Shown piece after piece: positions 10,093-24,458 of a stretch of DNA of 64,000 nucleotides. Position 1 is the stretch's first letter. Every line of letters begins with the position of its first letter. The stretch comes from an uncultured Actinomycetota bacterium (GTDB lineage Bacteria; Actinomycetota; Actinomycetes; Propionibacteriales; Nocardioidaceae), in NCBI GenBank assembly GCA_963815595.1, contig CAWFHA010000007.1:1079121-1143120 (forward strand), given 5' to 3'. The notes below the pieces were generated by a model. The model did not search any database, was not told where the DNA came from, and saw only the letters and a list, made by a program, of their open reading frames with translations. A program made the translations under genes and the position numbers.

Positions 10093-10767
10093 ATGCTCAC
10101 CAAGTCCCACCTGCGGCGTGCCGCCGCACCTGTCGCCCTGACCGGCCTGCTGACCGCCTCGGCGCTCACCGCGTCGCCGGCCTCCGCGATCGACCTCTCC
10201 CCCGGCTCCCTTGCCGCGATGGCCCCGGCAGCGGCCGCCGCCGTGGCCCCGGCCGGGGGCCTGGCCGTCGAGACGATGGCGGCCGTGCCCGCCGAGGCCA
10301 GTGCTCCGCGGCCCCGGGCCCAGGCCTCCTTCCAGCGAATCGTGGTCGGCCAGCGGCTCGAGGCCAAGCCTCCGCCGTGGCGGCTGCCGGTCGACGGCTA
10401 CCGGCTGACCGCCCGCTTCGGGGCGAGTGGCCTGTGGGCGAGCACCCACACGGGTCTCGACTTCGCCGCGCCCGAGGGGACGCCGCTGCGTGCGGTGGCC
10501 CCCGGCGTGATCGCCGAGACCGGGTACGACGGCGCGTACGGCAACAAGACCGTGCTGCGCCTCGACGACGGCACGGTGCTCTGGTACGCCCACCAGAGTG
10601 CGGTCGAGGTGGAGCCCGGGCAGCGGGTCTCCCCCGGCCAGGTCATCGGCGCGGTCGGCTCGACCGGGAACGTCACCGGTCCGCACCTCCACCTCGAGGT
10701 GCGCCCCGGCGACGGCGAGCCCGTCGACCCGGACGGCTGGCTGCACGAGCACCACCTCCAGCCCTGA
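10093..10767 (+). CDS. Secreted M23-family peptidoglycan endopeptidase
   Basis: Signal-like N-terminus; HTGLD (HxxxD), YAHQS, TGPHLH (HxH). Confidence 0.92.
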   Translation: MLTKSHLRRAAAPVALTGLLTASALTASPASAIDLSPGSLAAMAPAAAAAVAPAGGLAVETMAAVPAEASAPRPRAQASFQRIVVGQRLEAKPPPWRLPVDGYRLTARFGASGLWASTHTGLDFAAPEGTPLRAVAPGVIAETGYDGAYGNKTVLRLDDGTVLWYAHQSAVEVEPGQRVSPGQVIGAVGSTGNVTGPHLHLEVRPGDGEPVDPDGWLHEHHLQP

Positions 10768-10803
10768 GCCCCGCGACCCGGGACTCGAGCCCGGGGCCGA
10801 GGC

Positions 10804-11769
10804 TCAGCGCACGGTGAAGGTGCGCGTGGTCCGCGAGGCGTCGAACCAGGGGTTCTGGTCGAAGACCATCGTGATCCGGTGCCGTCCCGGGCGCAGTCGG
10901 CGCAGGTCGAGCGTGCGGCGGCCGTGGGGCACCCACAGCTGCTTGAGCCGCCTGCCGTTGTCGTAGAGCGTGACCCGGCCGCGGACGGTCGACTGGTCGG
11001 CCCCGGCCGCGTACGCGATCGCCGTCAGGCGGAGGACGTGGCGCTTGGTCGAGCGCGCCCGGAGGATGGACTTGGTGGCCCAGCGGATCCGCATCCAGGA
11101 CGCGTACCGGTCGATGGGGTGCACGCCGTTGGGGAAGGTGTACTCCCCCAGGGCCAGCAGCGAGATCTCCTTGCCGGCGTCGGCGGGTCGGGTCTTGTAG
11201 GACAACCCGTTCTGGCCGGGGATCGGGACGCTGGTCCGACGCCAGGTCAACGTGGTGTCCCACTCGGTGGCCCACGGGCCCAGCGTCGCGGTGATCGTCT
11301 GTCCCACGTGCGGCCGGCCGTGCAGCACCGGCGGTGCCATGTTGTACATGATCCAGTTGCTGGTGGCCGAGGACCTCTCGGCGAGCAGCGTCGAGCCGTC
11401 GTACGCCTGCACCACCACCTTGACGGTGTGCGCGTGGTCGTCGTCGGTGAGGGTGTACTGCTGCTGCTCGGCTCCGGCGATGGGCACGAAGCTCTCGGCG
11501 GTGGCCTCCTTGTCGCCGCGGTACCACTGGTGGCGCAGCTCCGTGGTGCCCGGCGGCCACTCCCCGTCGGTCGCGGTGGCGGTGTAGGTGCGGCTGACCT
11601 GCGCCGCACCGCCGGTGAGCAGGATGCGCGGCAGCGGCGCGTCCGCGCTGGCCGGGACCAGGACGCCGACGACTCCGGTCAGCAGGACGGCGACGATCGC
11701 AGCCGCGGACAGCGACCGGGCGCGGGGCGCCCGGGACGAGGTGGCGGGACCCGACGAGGCAGTGGACAT
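10804..11769 (-). CDS. Secreted protein with two beta-sandwich repeats and a C-terminal Ig-like domain
   Basis: Signal peptide ending ASA-D; repeated (H/T)xW(Y/R)R...PIxG...Y...D..G/H pattern; TATCAT -10 box 6 nt before ATG. Confidence 0.65.
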   Translation of the reverse strand: MSTASSGPATSSRAPRARSLSAAAIVAVLLTGVVGVLVPASADAPLPRILLTGGAAQVSRTYTATATDGEWPPGTTELRHQWYRGDKEATAESFVPIAGAEQQQYTLTDDDHAHTVKVVVQAYDGSTLLAERSSATSNWIMYNMAPPVLHGRPHVGQTITATLGPWATEWDTTLTWRRTSVPIPGQNGLSYKTRPADAGKEISLLALGEYTFPNGVHPIDRYASWMRIRWATKSILRARSTKRHVLRLTAIAYAAGADQSTVRGRVTLYDNGRRLKQLWVPHGRRTLDLRRLRPGRHRITMVFDQNPWFDASRTTRTFTVR

Positions 11770-11840
11770 TCAGTCATGATAAGTACATTTCGATACTTTT
11801 CATATGTATTGTCCAGATTCGCGGATCCCGCCTCCTCCGG

Positions 11841-14565
<2,725 letters not shown>

Positions 14566-14585
14566 GCGCCCACTCTGACCCAGTT

Positions 14586-14602
14586 TCTGGAACGAGTCAA
14601 GA
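14586..14602 (-). promoter_or_regulatory. FurA-type operator upstream of furA-katG
   Basis: TCTTGACTCGTTCCAGA on the minus strand; resembles, as I recall it, the AT-rich mycobacterial FurA site. Confidence 0.7.
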
Positions 14603-14696
14603 TTGAACACGCGCGGACCTTCGCCTCTGTGCGCACCGGCACCCGGGTGCCAGGTTCGAGGTGAAGCCAACACGAGTTGCCCATCCGTGGTGAGAG

Positions 14697-15887
14697 GTGA
14701 GGATCGTGGAGCGAGGCGCGACCCTGCTGGCGGCGCTGCTCATGGCCGTCGCGGGGTGCGGGGACGCCGGCGCACCGGGGGCCGGGGGCACTCCCTCTCC
14801 GACCGAGCGTCCCGCCCCCGGCGAGAGCGCCGAGCCCTCCTCCGCCCCCGTGCCCAGCTCGCCGCCCGAGCAGCAGGACGGCACCGCGTCCGAGGACTGC
14901 GAGCCGGTCTCCCGGGACGGTGGAGGTCGACCCCGGGACCCCGACACGGACTCGACCCCTGACGACTCCGCGACCGTGCGCGCCTTTCTCGACGCAGCCC
15001 TGGCGCAACGTGGCGACCCCTACGTCTTCGGGGTGGAGGTCGACCTCGAGGACGCAGACCCTCGGGCCTTCGACGACTCGGAGCTCGTCCAGTGGACGGC
15101 CCACCAGGCCGGGATCACCGTCCCCGACGGTTCGTTCCACCAGTACCTCGAGCTGAAGTCGCAGGGCCGGCTGGTCAGCGTGACAGAGGGCCTCGCCACC
15201 CCGGGAGCGCTCCTCTTCTCCTTCTCCAGCGAGCCCACGGCGGGCGGCGGCCGGCCCGCTCAGGCTCACGTCGCGATCAGCCTCGGCGACGGTCGCACCA
15301 TCGAGGCCAGGAGCACGCATGGCGTCTCCGAGCTACCGGCCGGTGACCGCTTCCAGTACGCGGGGGTGCTCCCCGCCCTCGCCGCAGCCGAGCCGGCTCG
15401 CGCGTCCCGGAGCGCGCCGGTTGCTCGCGGTGGATCCGCCGGGCTTCCGGCGATGCGGCTGAGCATCAGGGAGATCTACGAGGTGGCGCTGGCCGCCGGC
15501 TTCTCACCTGCCGCGGCCACGATCTGGACGGCGATCGCGCTCGCGGAGTCGGGCGGCGAGACGGGGGCGATCAACTCGGTCGGCGAGCACAGCGTGGGGC
15601 TGTGGCAGATCAACGTGGCCCCGGGCGTGCGGCGGAACACGTGGGGGGACCTGCGCGACCCGCTGGTGAACGCGCGTGCGGCCTACGAGATCTCCTGCCG
15701 GGGCACGGACCTGCGACCGTGGCCCTCCACGCACCCCGCGAATGCGGGCACGGTGGGCGACTACCGGACCCACCTCGACGAGGTCAGGAGGGCCGTCCCC
15801 GAGGCGCTCGACGGCGCCGTCGACTCGGACGGCGACGGCCTGTCGGACGCCTTCGAACGACTGATGAACGGGTCGGACGGGCCCTGA
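14697..15887 (+). CDS. Lipoprotein: NlpC/P60-like domain + lysozyme-like transglycosylase domain + TSP3-like Ca-binding tail
   Basis: Lipobox VAG-C; GDPYVFG...FDDSELV...HVAISLGDG; AIALAESGG...GLWQIN...DPLVNARAA; DSDGDGLSDAFE. Confidence 0.75.
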   Translation: MRIVERGATLLAALLMAVAGCGDAGAPGAGGTPSPTERPAPGESAEPSSAPVPSSPPEQQDGTASEDCEPVSRDGGGRPRDPDTDSTPDDSATVRAFLDAALAQRGDPYVFGVEVDLEDADPRAFDDSELVQWTAHQAGITVPDGSFHQYLELKSQGRLVSVTEGLATPGALLFSFSSEPTAGGGRPAQAHVAISLGDGRTIEARSTHGVSELPAGDRFQYAGVLPALAAAEPARASRSAPVARGGSAGLPAMRLSIREIYEVALAAGFSPAAATIWTAIALAESGGETGAINSVGEHSVGLWQINVAPGVRRNTWGDLRDPLVNARAAYEISCRGTDLRPWPSTHPANAGTVGDYRTHLDEVRRAVPEALDGAVDSDGDGLSDAFERLMNGSDGP

Positions 15888-15899
15888 GCGAAGCGAATG

Positions 15900-15932
15900 C
15901 AGAAGGGGCCCCGCATCGCGGGGCCCCTTCTG
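15900..15932. terminator. Bidirectional hairpin terminator between the lipoprotein gene and tRNA-Leu
   Basis: CAGAAGGGGCCCCGC-atc-GCGGGGCCCCTTCTG, perfect 15-bp stem. Confidence 0.85.
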
Positions 15933-15937
15933 TCGTG

Positions 15938-16023
15938 TGTCCGAGGGGGGACTTGAACCCCCACCCCCTAATACGGGGACTAGCACCTCAAGCTAGCGCG
16001 TCTGCCTATTCCGCCACCCGGAC
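15938..16023 (-). tRNA. tRNA-Leu (anticodon GAG)
   Basis: Acceptor GTCCGGG/CTCGGAC-A, D-arm GGCGGAATAGGCAGACGC, anticodon arm CTAGC-TTGAGGT-GCTAG, long variable arm, GTTCAAGTC T-loop; CCA not encoded. Confidence 0.95.
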
Positions 16024-16076
16024 GAGCGACGCAACACTAGCAAGGACGGGCCCGCTTCGAGTAATCGGGCGGCGCC

Positions 16077-18588
<2,512 letters not shown>

Positions 18589-18591
<3 letters not shown>

Positions 18592-18729
18592 CGGCCGGGT
18601 CCGGCGTACGACTCAACCGGCACCCGGACATTCCGGGAAGCGGACGGGCGATCCCTGCACCGGAGGGGTGTTGCTTCGCCCGTCCGGTGCAGGTTTCCCC
18701 GGGCGCCCGGGGAAACCTGCCGGCCGCTA
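18589..18729. repeat. REP/MITE-like palindromic intergenic element with 10-bp terminal inverted repeats
   Basis: TAGCGGCCGG at 18589 and CCGGCCGCTA at 18720; perfect 32-bp palindrome at 18689-18720; 11-bp arms at 18641-18651 and 18676-18686. Confidence 0.55.
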
Positions 18730-19953
18730 CCTCAGCTCCGCGGAGCTCAGCCCCAGCAGCCTGCGGGCCACGATCAGCTGCTGGATCTGCTGGGTGCCCT
18801 CGAAGATGTCGAGGATCTTGGAGTCGCGCGCCCACTTCTCGAGGAGCTCGGCCTCGGAGTAGCCGAAGGTGCCGGCCAGCTCCACGCAGCGCAGGGTGAC
18901 CTCGGAGCCCATCCGGCCGGCCTTGGCCTTGGCCATCGAGGCCTGCATCGAGTTCGGCTGGCGGTTGTCGGCCATCCACGCCGACTGCAGGGTGAGCAGG
19001 TACGCCGCCTCCCAGTCCGCCTCGAGGGCCATCAGCGTGGCCGCGGCCGCCGACTGGTTCAGCGCCGGGGCGTCGTAGTCGACCACCACCCCCGACTCGG
19101 CGAGCAGGTCGCGCGTCAGGTCGAGGGAGGCGCGGGCGCAGCCGACCGCCATGGCGGCCACCAGCGGTCGGGTGTTGTCGAAGGTGGCCATGGCACCGGC
19201 GAAGCCCTGCTTGGGGTCGATGTCCGGCGAGCCGAGCAGGTTGGCAGCGGGCACCCGGCAGTCCTCGAAGATGATCACCGCGGTGTCGGAGGCGCGGATG
19301 CCGAGCTTGTGCTCGAGCCGCTCCACCCGCATGCCCGGGGTTCCCTTCTCCACGACGAACGACTTGATCGCAGCCCGACCCAGGCTCTTGTCCAGGGTTG
19401 CCCAGACCACCACGCTGTCCGCGCGCTCGCCGGAGGTGACGTAGATCTTCTCGCCGTTGATCACGTACTCGTCGCCGTCGCGCACCGCGGTGGTCTGGAT
19501 GTTCGCGGAGTCCGAGCCGGTGCCCGGCTCGGTGATCGCCATCGCCGCCCAGGTGCCGGCGAACCTCTCGAGCTGCTCGTCGTCGGCGACCGAGGCGATC
19601 GCGGAGTTGCCCAGCCCCTGGCGCGGCATCGAGAGCAGCAGGCCCACGTCGCCCCAGCACATCTCGATCACCGAGAGCACCGAGGCGAGGTTGGCGCCGT
19701 TGCGGGTGCCCTGCCTCGAGCCGTTCGCCTCTCCCGGCGCCTCGCTGCGGCGCACGCCGGCCGCGCCGGCGCCGCCCGTGGCGCCGGACTCGGAGATGCC
19801 GTCGATCATCGCGGCGAGCATGTCGAGCTCCTTGGGGTACTCGTGCTCGGCCTCGTCGTACTTGCGGGAGATCGGTCTGAGCATGTTCATCGCGACCTGG
19901 TGGGCCTGGTCGATGAGCGGGCGGACCTTCTTGGGGGTCTCGAGATTGATCAT
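18727..19953 (-). CDS. Acyl-CoA dehydrogenase
   Basis: AMAITEPGTGSD, INGEKIYVTSG, EHKLGIRASDTA, IFEGTQQI. Confidence 0.92.
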   Translation of the reverse strand: MINLETPKKVRPLIDQAHQVAMNMLRPISRKYDEAEHEYPKELDMLAAMIDGISESGATGGAGAAGVRRSEAPGEANGSRQGTRNGANLASVLSVIEMCWGDVGLLLSMPRQGLGNSAIASVADDEQLERFAGTWAAMAITEPGTGSDSANIQTTAVRDGDEYVINGEKIYVTSGERADSVVVWATLDKSLGRAAIKSFVVEKGTPGMRVERLEHKLGIRASDTAVIIFEDCRVPAANLLGSPDIDPKQGFAGAMATFDNTRPLVAAMAVGCARASLDLTRDLLAESGVVVDYDAPALNQSAAAATLMALEADWEAAYLLTLQSAWMADNRQPNSMQASMAKAKAGRMGSEVTLRCVELAGTFGYSEAELLEKWARDSKILDIFEGTQQIQQLIVARRLLGLSSAELR

Positions 19954-19967
19954 GGTGATGTCCGTCC

Positions 19968-21356
19968 TCAGACGAGGACTGCTCCTTCCATCAGGCCGAC
20001 GGCCCGCAGGTCGCGGTACCACCGCTCCACGGGGTGTTCCTTGACGAAGCCGTGGCCGCCGAGCAGCTGGACGCCGTCGAGACCGATCCGCATGCCCTTC
20101 TCGGCGCACAGTCGTCGGGCCAGGGCGATCTCGCGCTCGGCGGGCTTGCCCTGCGCGACCCGGCTGGCAGCGCGCCAGGTGACGAGGCGCATCCCCTGCA
20201 GCTCGATGGCGATGTCGGCGACCATGAACGCCACCGACTGCCGGTGCGCGATCGGCTCGCCGAACGCCTCCCGCTCCTTGACGTAGGGGGTGACGTAGTC
20301 GAGCACGGCCTGCGCGGTGCCCACGGCCAGCGCGCACCAGGCCAGGCGCGAGAAGCGGACGCAGTCGCGGTGGTCCGACGCGTCGCCGAGCAGCGCGATC
20401 GGCTCCACGCGGACGTCGTCCAGGAGCAGCCGGGACAGGCCCGCGGCGCGCAGCCCCATCGAGGGGTCGGACTCGATCGTGACGCCCTGCGTGCCCGACT
20501 CCACCAGGAACAGCTGCGGGCGTCCGTCGAGCATCGCCCCGACCACGAACAGCTCCGCCTCGGCACCCCGCACGACGCCGGACTTCACGCCGTCGAGGCG
20601 GTAGCCGTCGTCGGTGGCGACCGCGGTCGTGCCGGGCGCCAGGGGGTCGGACAGGACCGTCGGCTCGGCCAGGGCCAGGGCAGCCGCCGGTACCTCGTCG
20701 CCGGTGAACGCGGGCAGGTAGGTCGCCTGCTGCTCCTCGGTCCCCCACAGCGAGAGCGCGGTGGCCACCGCTCCCGGGCTCAGCAGGGAGACCGCGAGGC
20801 CCATGTCGCCGTGGGCCAGTGCCTCGTGCACGAGCGCGCCGGCCACGGCAGAGCGCTCGGTCGCGATGCCGCCCAGCTCCTCGGGGACTCCCAGGATCGG
20901 CAGGCCGATCTCCAGCGAGGCCTCGAGCAGGGCCTCGGGTGCTGCGCACGCCGCGTCTGCCTCGGCAGCGGCCGGCCGGACCCGGTCTGCGGCGAACTCA
21001 CCGACGAGGTCGGCCAGCATCTGCTCGTCCTCGCCGGGCGTCAGGTCGAACAGGCCGGTGTTCCGGGCAGGCGGCACCCGGTTGCCCCGGGTGGCCCGGC
21101 CGGCGCGGGCGAAGGTGCGACCGACGTTGCCCGCCGTACGGAACCCGGCACTGGTCACCCGGTAGACACTGCGCTCACTCGCGCGGCGGATGCCCAGCCG
21201 GTCGATCAGATCGCTGGCGGCGAGCTTGTTCAGCGCCAGCACCGCCAGGCCGATGGGGTCGCGGGTCTCACTCTCCGCCAGCCCGTGTCGGCCGCCGGCC
21301 CGCAGCAGGCTCCACGGGAGCCGGAGGGTCTCGCGCTGGGTCGTGTTCGAAGACAT
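19968..21356 (-). CDS. Acyl-CoA dehydrogenase-family protein (probable partner subunit)
   Basis: ALALAEP, SMGLRAAG, REAFGEPIAHRQ, GVQLLGGHGF; paired with the downstream ACAD. Confidence 0.9.
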   Translation of the reverse strand: MSSNTTQRETLRLPWSLLRAGGRHGLAESETRDPIGLAVLALNKLAASDLIDRLGIRRASERSVYRVTSAGFRTAGNVGRTFARAGRATRGNRVPPARNTGLFDLTPGEDEQMLADLVGEFAADRVRPAAAEADAACAAPEALLEASLEIGLPILGVPEELGGIATERSAVAGALVHEALAHGDMGLAVSLLSPGAVATALSLWGTEEQQATYLPAFTGDEVPAAALALAEPTVLSDPLAPGTTAVATDDGYRLDGVKSGVVRGAEAELFVVGAMLDGRPQLFLVESGTQGVTIESDPSMGLRAAGLSRLLLDDVRVEPIALLGDASDHRDCVRFSRLAWCALAVGTAQAVLDYVTPYVKEREAFGEPIAHRQSVAFMVADIAIELQGMRLVTWRAASRVAQGKPAEREIALARRLCAEKGMRIGLDGVQLLGGHGFVKEHPVERWYRDLRAVGLMEGAVLV

Positions 21357-21364
21357 GGCCTGAA

Positions 21365-21381
21365 TGTAACTCGGAGTTACA
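21365..21381. promoter_or_regulatory. Perfect palindromic operator candidate upstream of the ACAD pair
   Basis: TGTAACTC-G-GAGTTACA, 8 nt upstream of the ACAD start codon. Confidence 0.6.
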
Positions 21382-21444
21382 CTCCGCGCCACAGTTCGTC
21401 GACGTGTCGCAGGTCACGGGTCGGCGCCGTCTAGCATCGTCCCC

Positions 21445-22107
21445 ATGGCCGGCACCGACGGACGCGACGCGCTCCCCCTCGCCCCCACCTCCGCGGACCT
21501 GCCCACGGGCGGCACCGTGCGGCCAGTGACCCGCTGGGGCACCGAGGTGATGCACCGCGCCGCCCGGCCGGTGACGGCGTACGACGACGAGCTGCGCGCC
21601 CTGGTCGCCGACATGGTCGCGACGATGTACGCCGCCGAAGGGGTCGGTCTCGCCGCCTGCCAGATCGGCGTCGACCTCGCGGTCTTCGTCTTCGACTGCC
21701 CCGACGACTCCGGCACCGTGCACCGCGGCATCGTCTGCAACCCGGTGCTCGACCTGCCCGAGGGGCGCGGCCGCGAGCTCGACGAGTCCGACGAGGGGTG
21801 CCTGTCCTACCCCGGTGCGTTCGTGGAGTGCGCCAGACCCGACAGGGCCCGGGTCGTGGGCCAGGGCCTCGATGGCACCGAGGTGGTCTACGAGGGCGAC
21901 GGGCTGCTCGCCCGCTGCCTGCAGCACGAGACCGACCACACCCGTGGGACGGTCTTCGGCGACCGGCTCAACGACCGCTCGCGCAAGAGGCTGCGCAAGC
22001 AGATGGAGGCGGCCGCGGAGGACTACCCGCCGGACTGGCCGGCAACGGGTTCGAGCGGCGACTCGGGAGGCTCCTCGGAGGCCTCGACCCACGGCGCGGG
22101 GCGCTGA
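21445..22107 (+). CDS. def: Peptide deformylase
   Basis: GVGLAACQ, EGCLS, QHETDH motifs. Confidence 0.95.
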   Translation: MAGTDGRDALPLAPTSADLPTGGTVRPVTRWGTEVMHRAARPVTAYDDELRALVADMVATMYAAEGVGLAACQIGVDLAVFVFDCPDDSGTVHRGIVCNPVLDLPEGRGRELDESDEGCLSYPGAFVECARPDRARVVGQGLDGTEVVYEGDGLLARCLQHETDHTRGTVFGDRLNDRSRKRLRKQMEAAAEDYPPDWPATGSSGDSGGSSEASTHGAGR

Positions 22108-23588
22108 GCCGGCGGGTCCGCGACCGGCGGCTGGGTGGTGGGGAGCTCCACGGCGACCGTGGTGCCGACTCCGACGACGCTGTCCAGGCTGACGACCCCC
22201 TGCTGCTCCTCGACGAGCTCACGCACGCTCGTCAGGCCCATCCCGGTGCCACCGTCGTCCTCGGCGAGGCGTCCACGGGTGAACTCGTCGAAGATCGTGC
22301 CGACGTCGTCAGGGTCGATGCCGCGCCCCTGGTCGGAGACCTCCATCCGCAGGCGCGCCGGCCCGGGCGAGGAGAACGTCACCCGCACCGGCGTCGGCGG
22401 TTCGGAGTACTTCAGGGCGTTCGCGAGCAGGTTCGTGACCACCCGGTGCATGGCCAGCTCGTCGGCACGGGCCAGCGGCATTCCCGGGTCGACGACGACC
22501 CGGCCGGCGCCGAGCTCCGTGGGCAGATCCTCGGCGGCGGTCCTGGCAAGCTGCGCGAGGTCGACCTCGTGCAGCGTCAGCGAGGCATGACCGGAGCGCC
22601 GTACTGCGAACCGGACGAGGTCCTCGACCATCGCCAGCAGCGTGTCCGCCGTGGCGTCGGCGCGGTCCATCAGGCCGTCACGCTCGCGCTCGTCGGCATC
22701 GCGCAGTGCGTCGACGAAACCCTTGATCGCCGTCAGCGGGGTGCGGAAGTCGTGGTCGAAGGCGGCGTAGAAGGCGTCCTGCGCCTCCTCCAGCGCCTTG
22801 AGGTCGGTGCGGTCACGGGTCACCTTGGCGTAGCCGGTGAGCCGGCCGTGCTCGTCGTGCAGGGCGGTGATCACGACGTCGGCCCAGAACCGCGAGCCGT
22901 CCTTGCGGAGCCGCCAGCCGGTGTGCTCGACCCGGCCGGTCTGCCGGGCCTGGTCGAGCAGCAGGGTGGGGAGTCCGCTCAGCCGGTCCTCGGGGGTGTA
23001 GAACATGTCGAAGTTCTGACCGATCGCCTCGGCGGCCGTGTAGCCCTTCACCCGCTCGGCGCCGAGGTTCCAGGTCTCGATCACACCGTGGGTGTCCAGG
23101 GCCAGGATCGCGTAGTCCTGCACCTGGCTCACCAGGACCCGGTACCGCTCCTCGCTGGAGGCCAGCGCCTGCTCGAGCTCGCGCTGGCCGGTGTGGTCCC
23201 GGATGGCGACCGCGTATCCCGTGAGCCCGCCGTCCGGCCCGTGCAACGCGGTGATCACGACGTCGGCCCAGAACCGGCTGCCGTCACCGCGGACCTGCCA
23301 GCCACGGTGGTCGGCGCGGCCGGTCCTGCGGGCCGTGGCCAGCAACCCCACGGCGAGCCAGCGGTCCTCGGACGGGTGGAGCGTCGCGACCTCGCCTCCG
23401 AGCGCCTCCTCGGCGCTGCGGCGCAGGAGCTGCTCGGCTCCGGCGTTCCAGGTCCGGATACGGCCCTCGGCATCCAGCGCGACGAGGGCGTAGTCGGTCA
23501 GCTCCGCGAGGAGATCCTCGAGCGAGTCCGATCCATGTGCTCCCCAGCCCACCTCAAGAGAGTAGGCCACGCCCGGGGTGTAGGGCAC
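22023..23588 (-). CDS. Soluble dual PAS-PAC sensor histidine kinase
   Basis: Two DGSRFWADVVITAL PAC motifs; HDFRTP H-box; NLLANALKY, DQGRG, GTGMGL; start uncertain. Confidence 0.9.
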   Translation of the reverse strand: MPYTPGVAYSLEVGWGAHGSDSLEDLLAELTDYALVALDAEGRIRTWNAGAEQLLRRSAEEALGGEVATLHPSEDRWLAVGLLATARRTGRADHRGWQVRGDGSRFWADVVITALHGPDGGLTGYAVAIRDHTGQRELEQALASSEERYRVLVSQVQDYAILALDTHGVIETWNLGAERVKGYTAAEAIGQNFDMFYTPEDRLSGLPTLLLDQARQTGRVEHTGWRLRKDGSRFWADVVITALHDEHGRLTGYAKVTRDRTDLKALEEAQDAFYAAFDHDFRTPLTAIKGFVDALRDADERERDGLMDRADATADTLLAMVEDLVRFAVRRSGHASLTLHEVDLAQLARTAAEDLPTELGAGRVVVDPGMPLARADELAMHRVVTNLLANALKYSEPPTPVRVTFSSPGPARLRMEVSDQGRGIDPDDVGTIFDEFTRGRLAEDDGGTGMGLTSVRELVEEQQGVVSLDSVVGVGTTVAVELPTTQPPVADPPAQRPAPWVEASEEPPESPLEPVAGQSGG

Positions 23589-23648
23589 TGTCTCGTCGGG
23601 TGGCCTGTCCGGGCCCTGCCCGGACCTCGTCCGGTCCCCGGGTGCCGC

Positions 23649-24458
23649 TCACCTGCGGGCCACCACGTAGCAGGCGACCGCCGTCGCCGCGGCCACGTTG
23701 AGGGAGTCGATGCCCGGCTCCATCGGGATCACTGCCCGCCGCGACGAGGACCGCTCCCAGCGCTGGGAGAGGCCGTGTCCCTCCGAGCCCAGCACCAGCG
23801 CGAGCCGGTCGACGCCGGCGACGGCCCGCTCGAGTGGGACGGCGTCCTCGGCGAGCGTCAGCGCGACCGTGGTGAACCCTCGACGCTCGAGGTCCGGCAG
23901 CGCGTCGTACCAGTCCGGGAAGCGGGTCCACGGCAGCGCGAAGACGGCGCCCATGGCGACCTTGACCGAGCGCCGGTAGAGCGGGTCCGCGCAGCGTGGG
24001 GACAGGAGCACCGCGTCCACGCCGAGGGCGGCCGCCGACCGGAAGATGGCGCCCACGTTGGTGTGGTCGACGACGTCCTCGCAGACCACCACCGTGCGGG
24101 CACGGGCGAGCACCTCGTCGACGCTCGGCAGCGGCGTGCGGGTGAGCGAGGCGAGCGCACCGCGGTGCACGTGGAAGCCGGTCACCTGCTCGGCGAGGTC
24201 CTCCGAGACCACGTAGCAGGGGGCGTCGGTGCCGGCCAGGACGTCCGCGAGACCCCCCAGCCAGCGCCGGGCCATCAGGAAGGACCGGACCCCGAACCCC
24301 GCCTCGACGGCACGCCGTACGACCTTCTCCCCCTCGGCGAGGAACAGCCCGTGCTCGGCCTCGAGGGACTGGCGCAGCTGCACGTCGCGCAGGTCGCGGT
24401 AGTCGGCGAGGCGTGGGTCGGCGGGGTCGTCGATCTCGACGTGGACGGCCACGCTCAC
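23649..24458 (-). CDS. TrmH/SpoU-family RNA methyltransferase
   Basis: DHTNVGAIFRSA, LGSEGHGL, IPM...DSLNVA. Confidence 0.92.
   Translation of the reverse strand: MSVAVHVEIDDPADPRLADYRDLRDVQLRQSLEAEHGLFLAEGEKVVRRAVEAGFGVRSFLMARRWLGGLADVLAGTDAPCYVVSEDLAEQVTGFHVHRGALASLTRTPLPSVDEVLARARTVVVCEDVVDHTNVGAIFRSAAALGVDAVLLSPRCADPLYRRSVKVAMGAVFALPWTRFPDWYDALPDLERRGFTTVALTLAEDAVPLERAVAGVDRLALVLGSEGHGLSQRWERSSSRRAVIPMEPGIDSLNVAAATAVACYVVARR

Noticed and set aside
22023-23588. LOV photoreceptor assignment for the PAS kinase
   Set aside because: The GxNCRFLQ flavin-adduct motif is absent.
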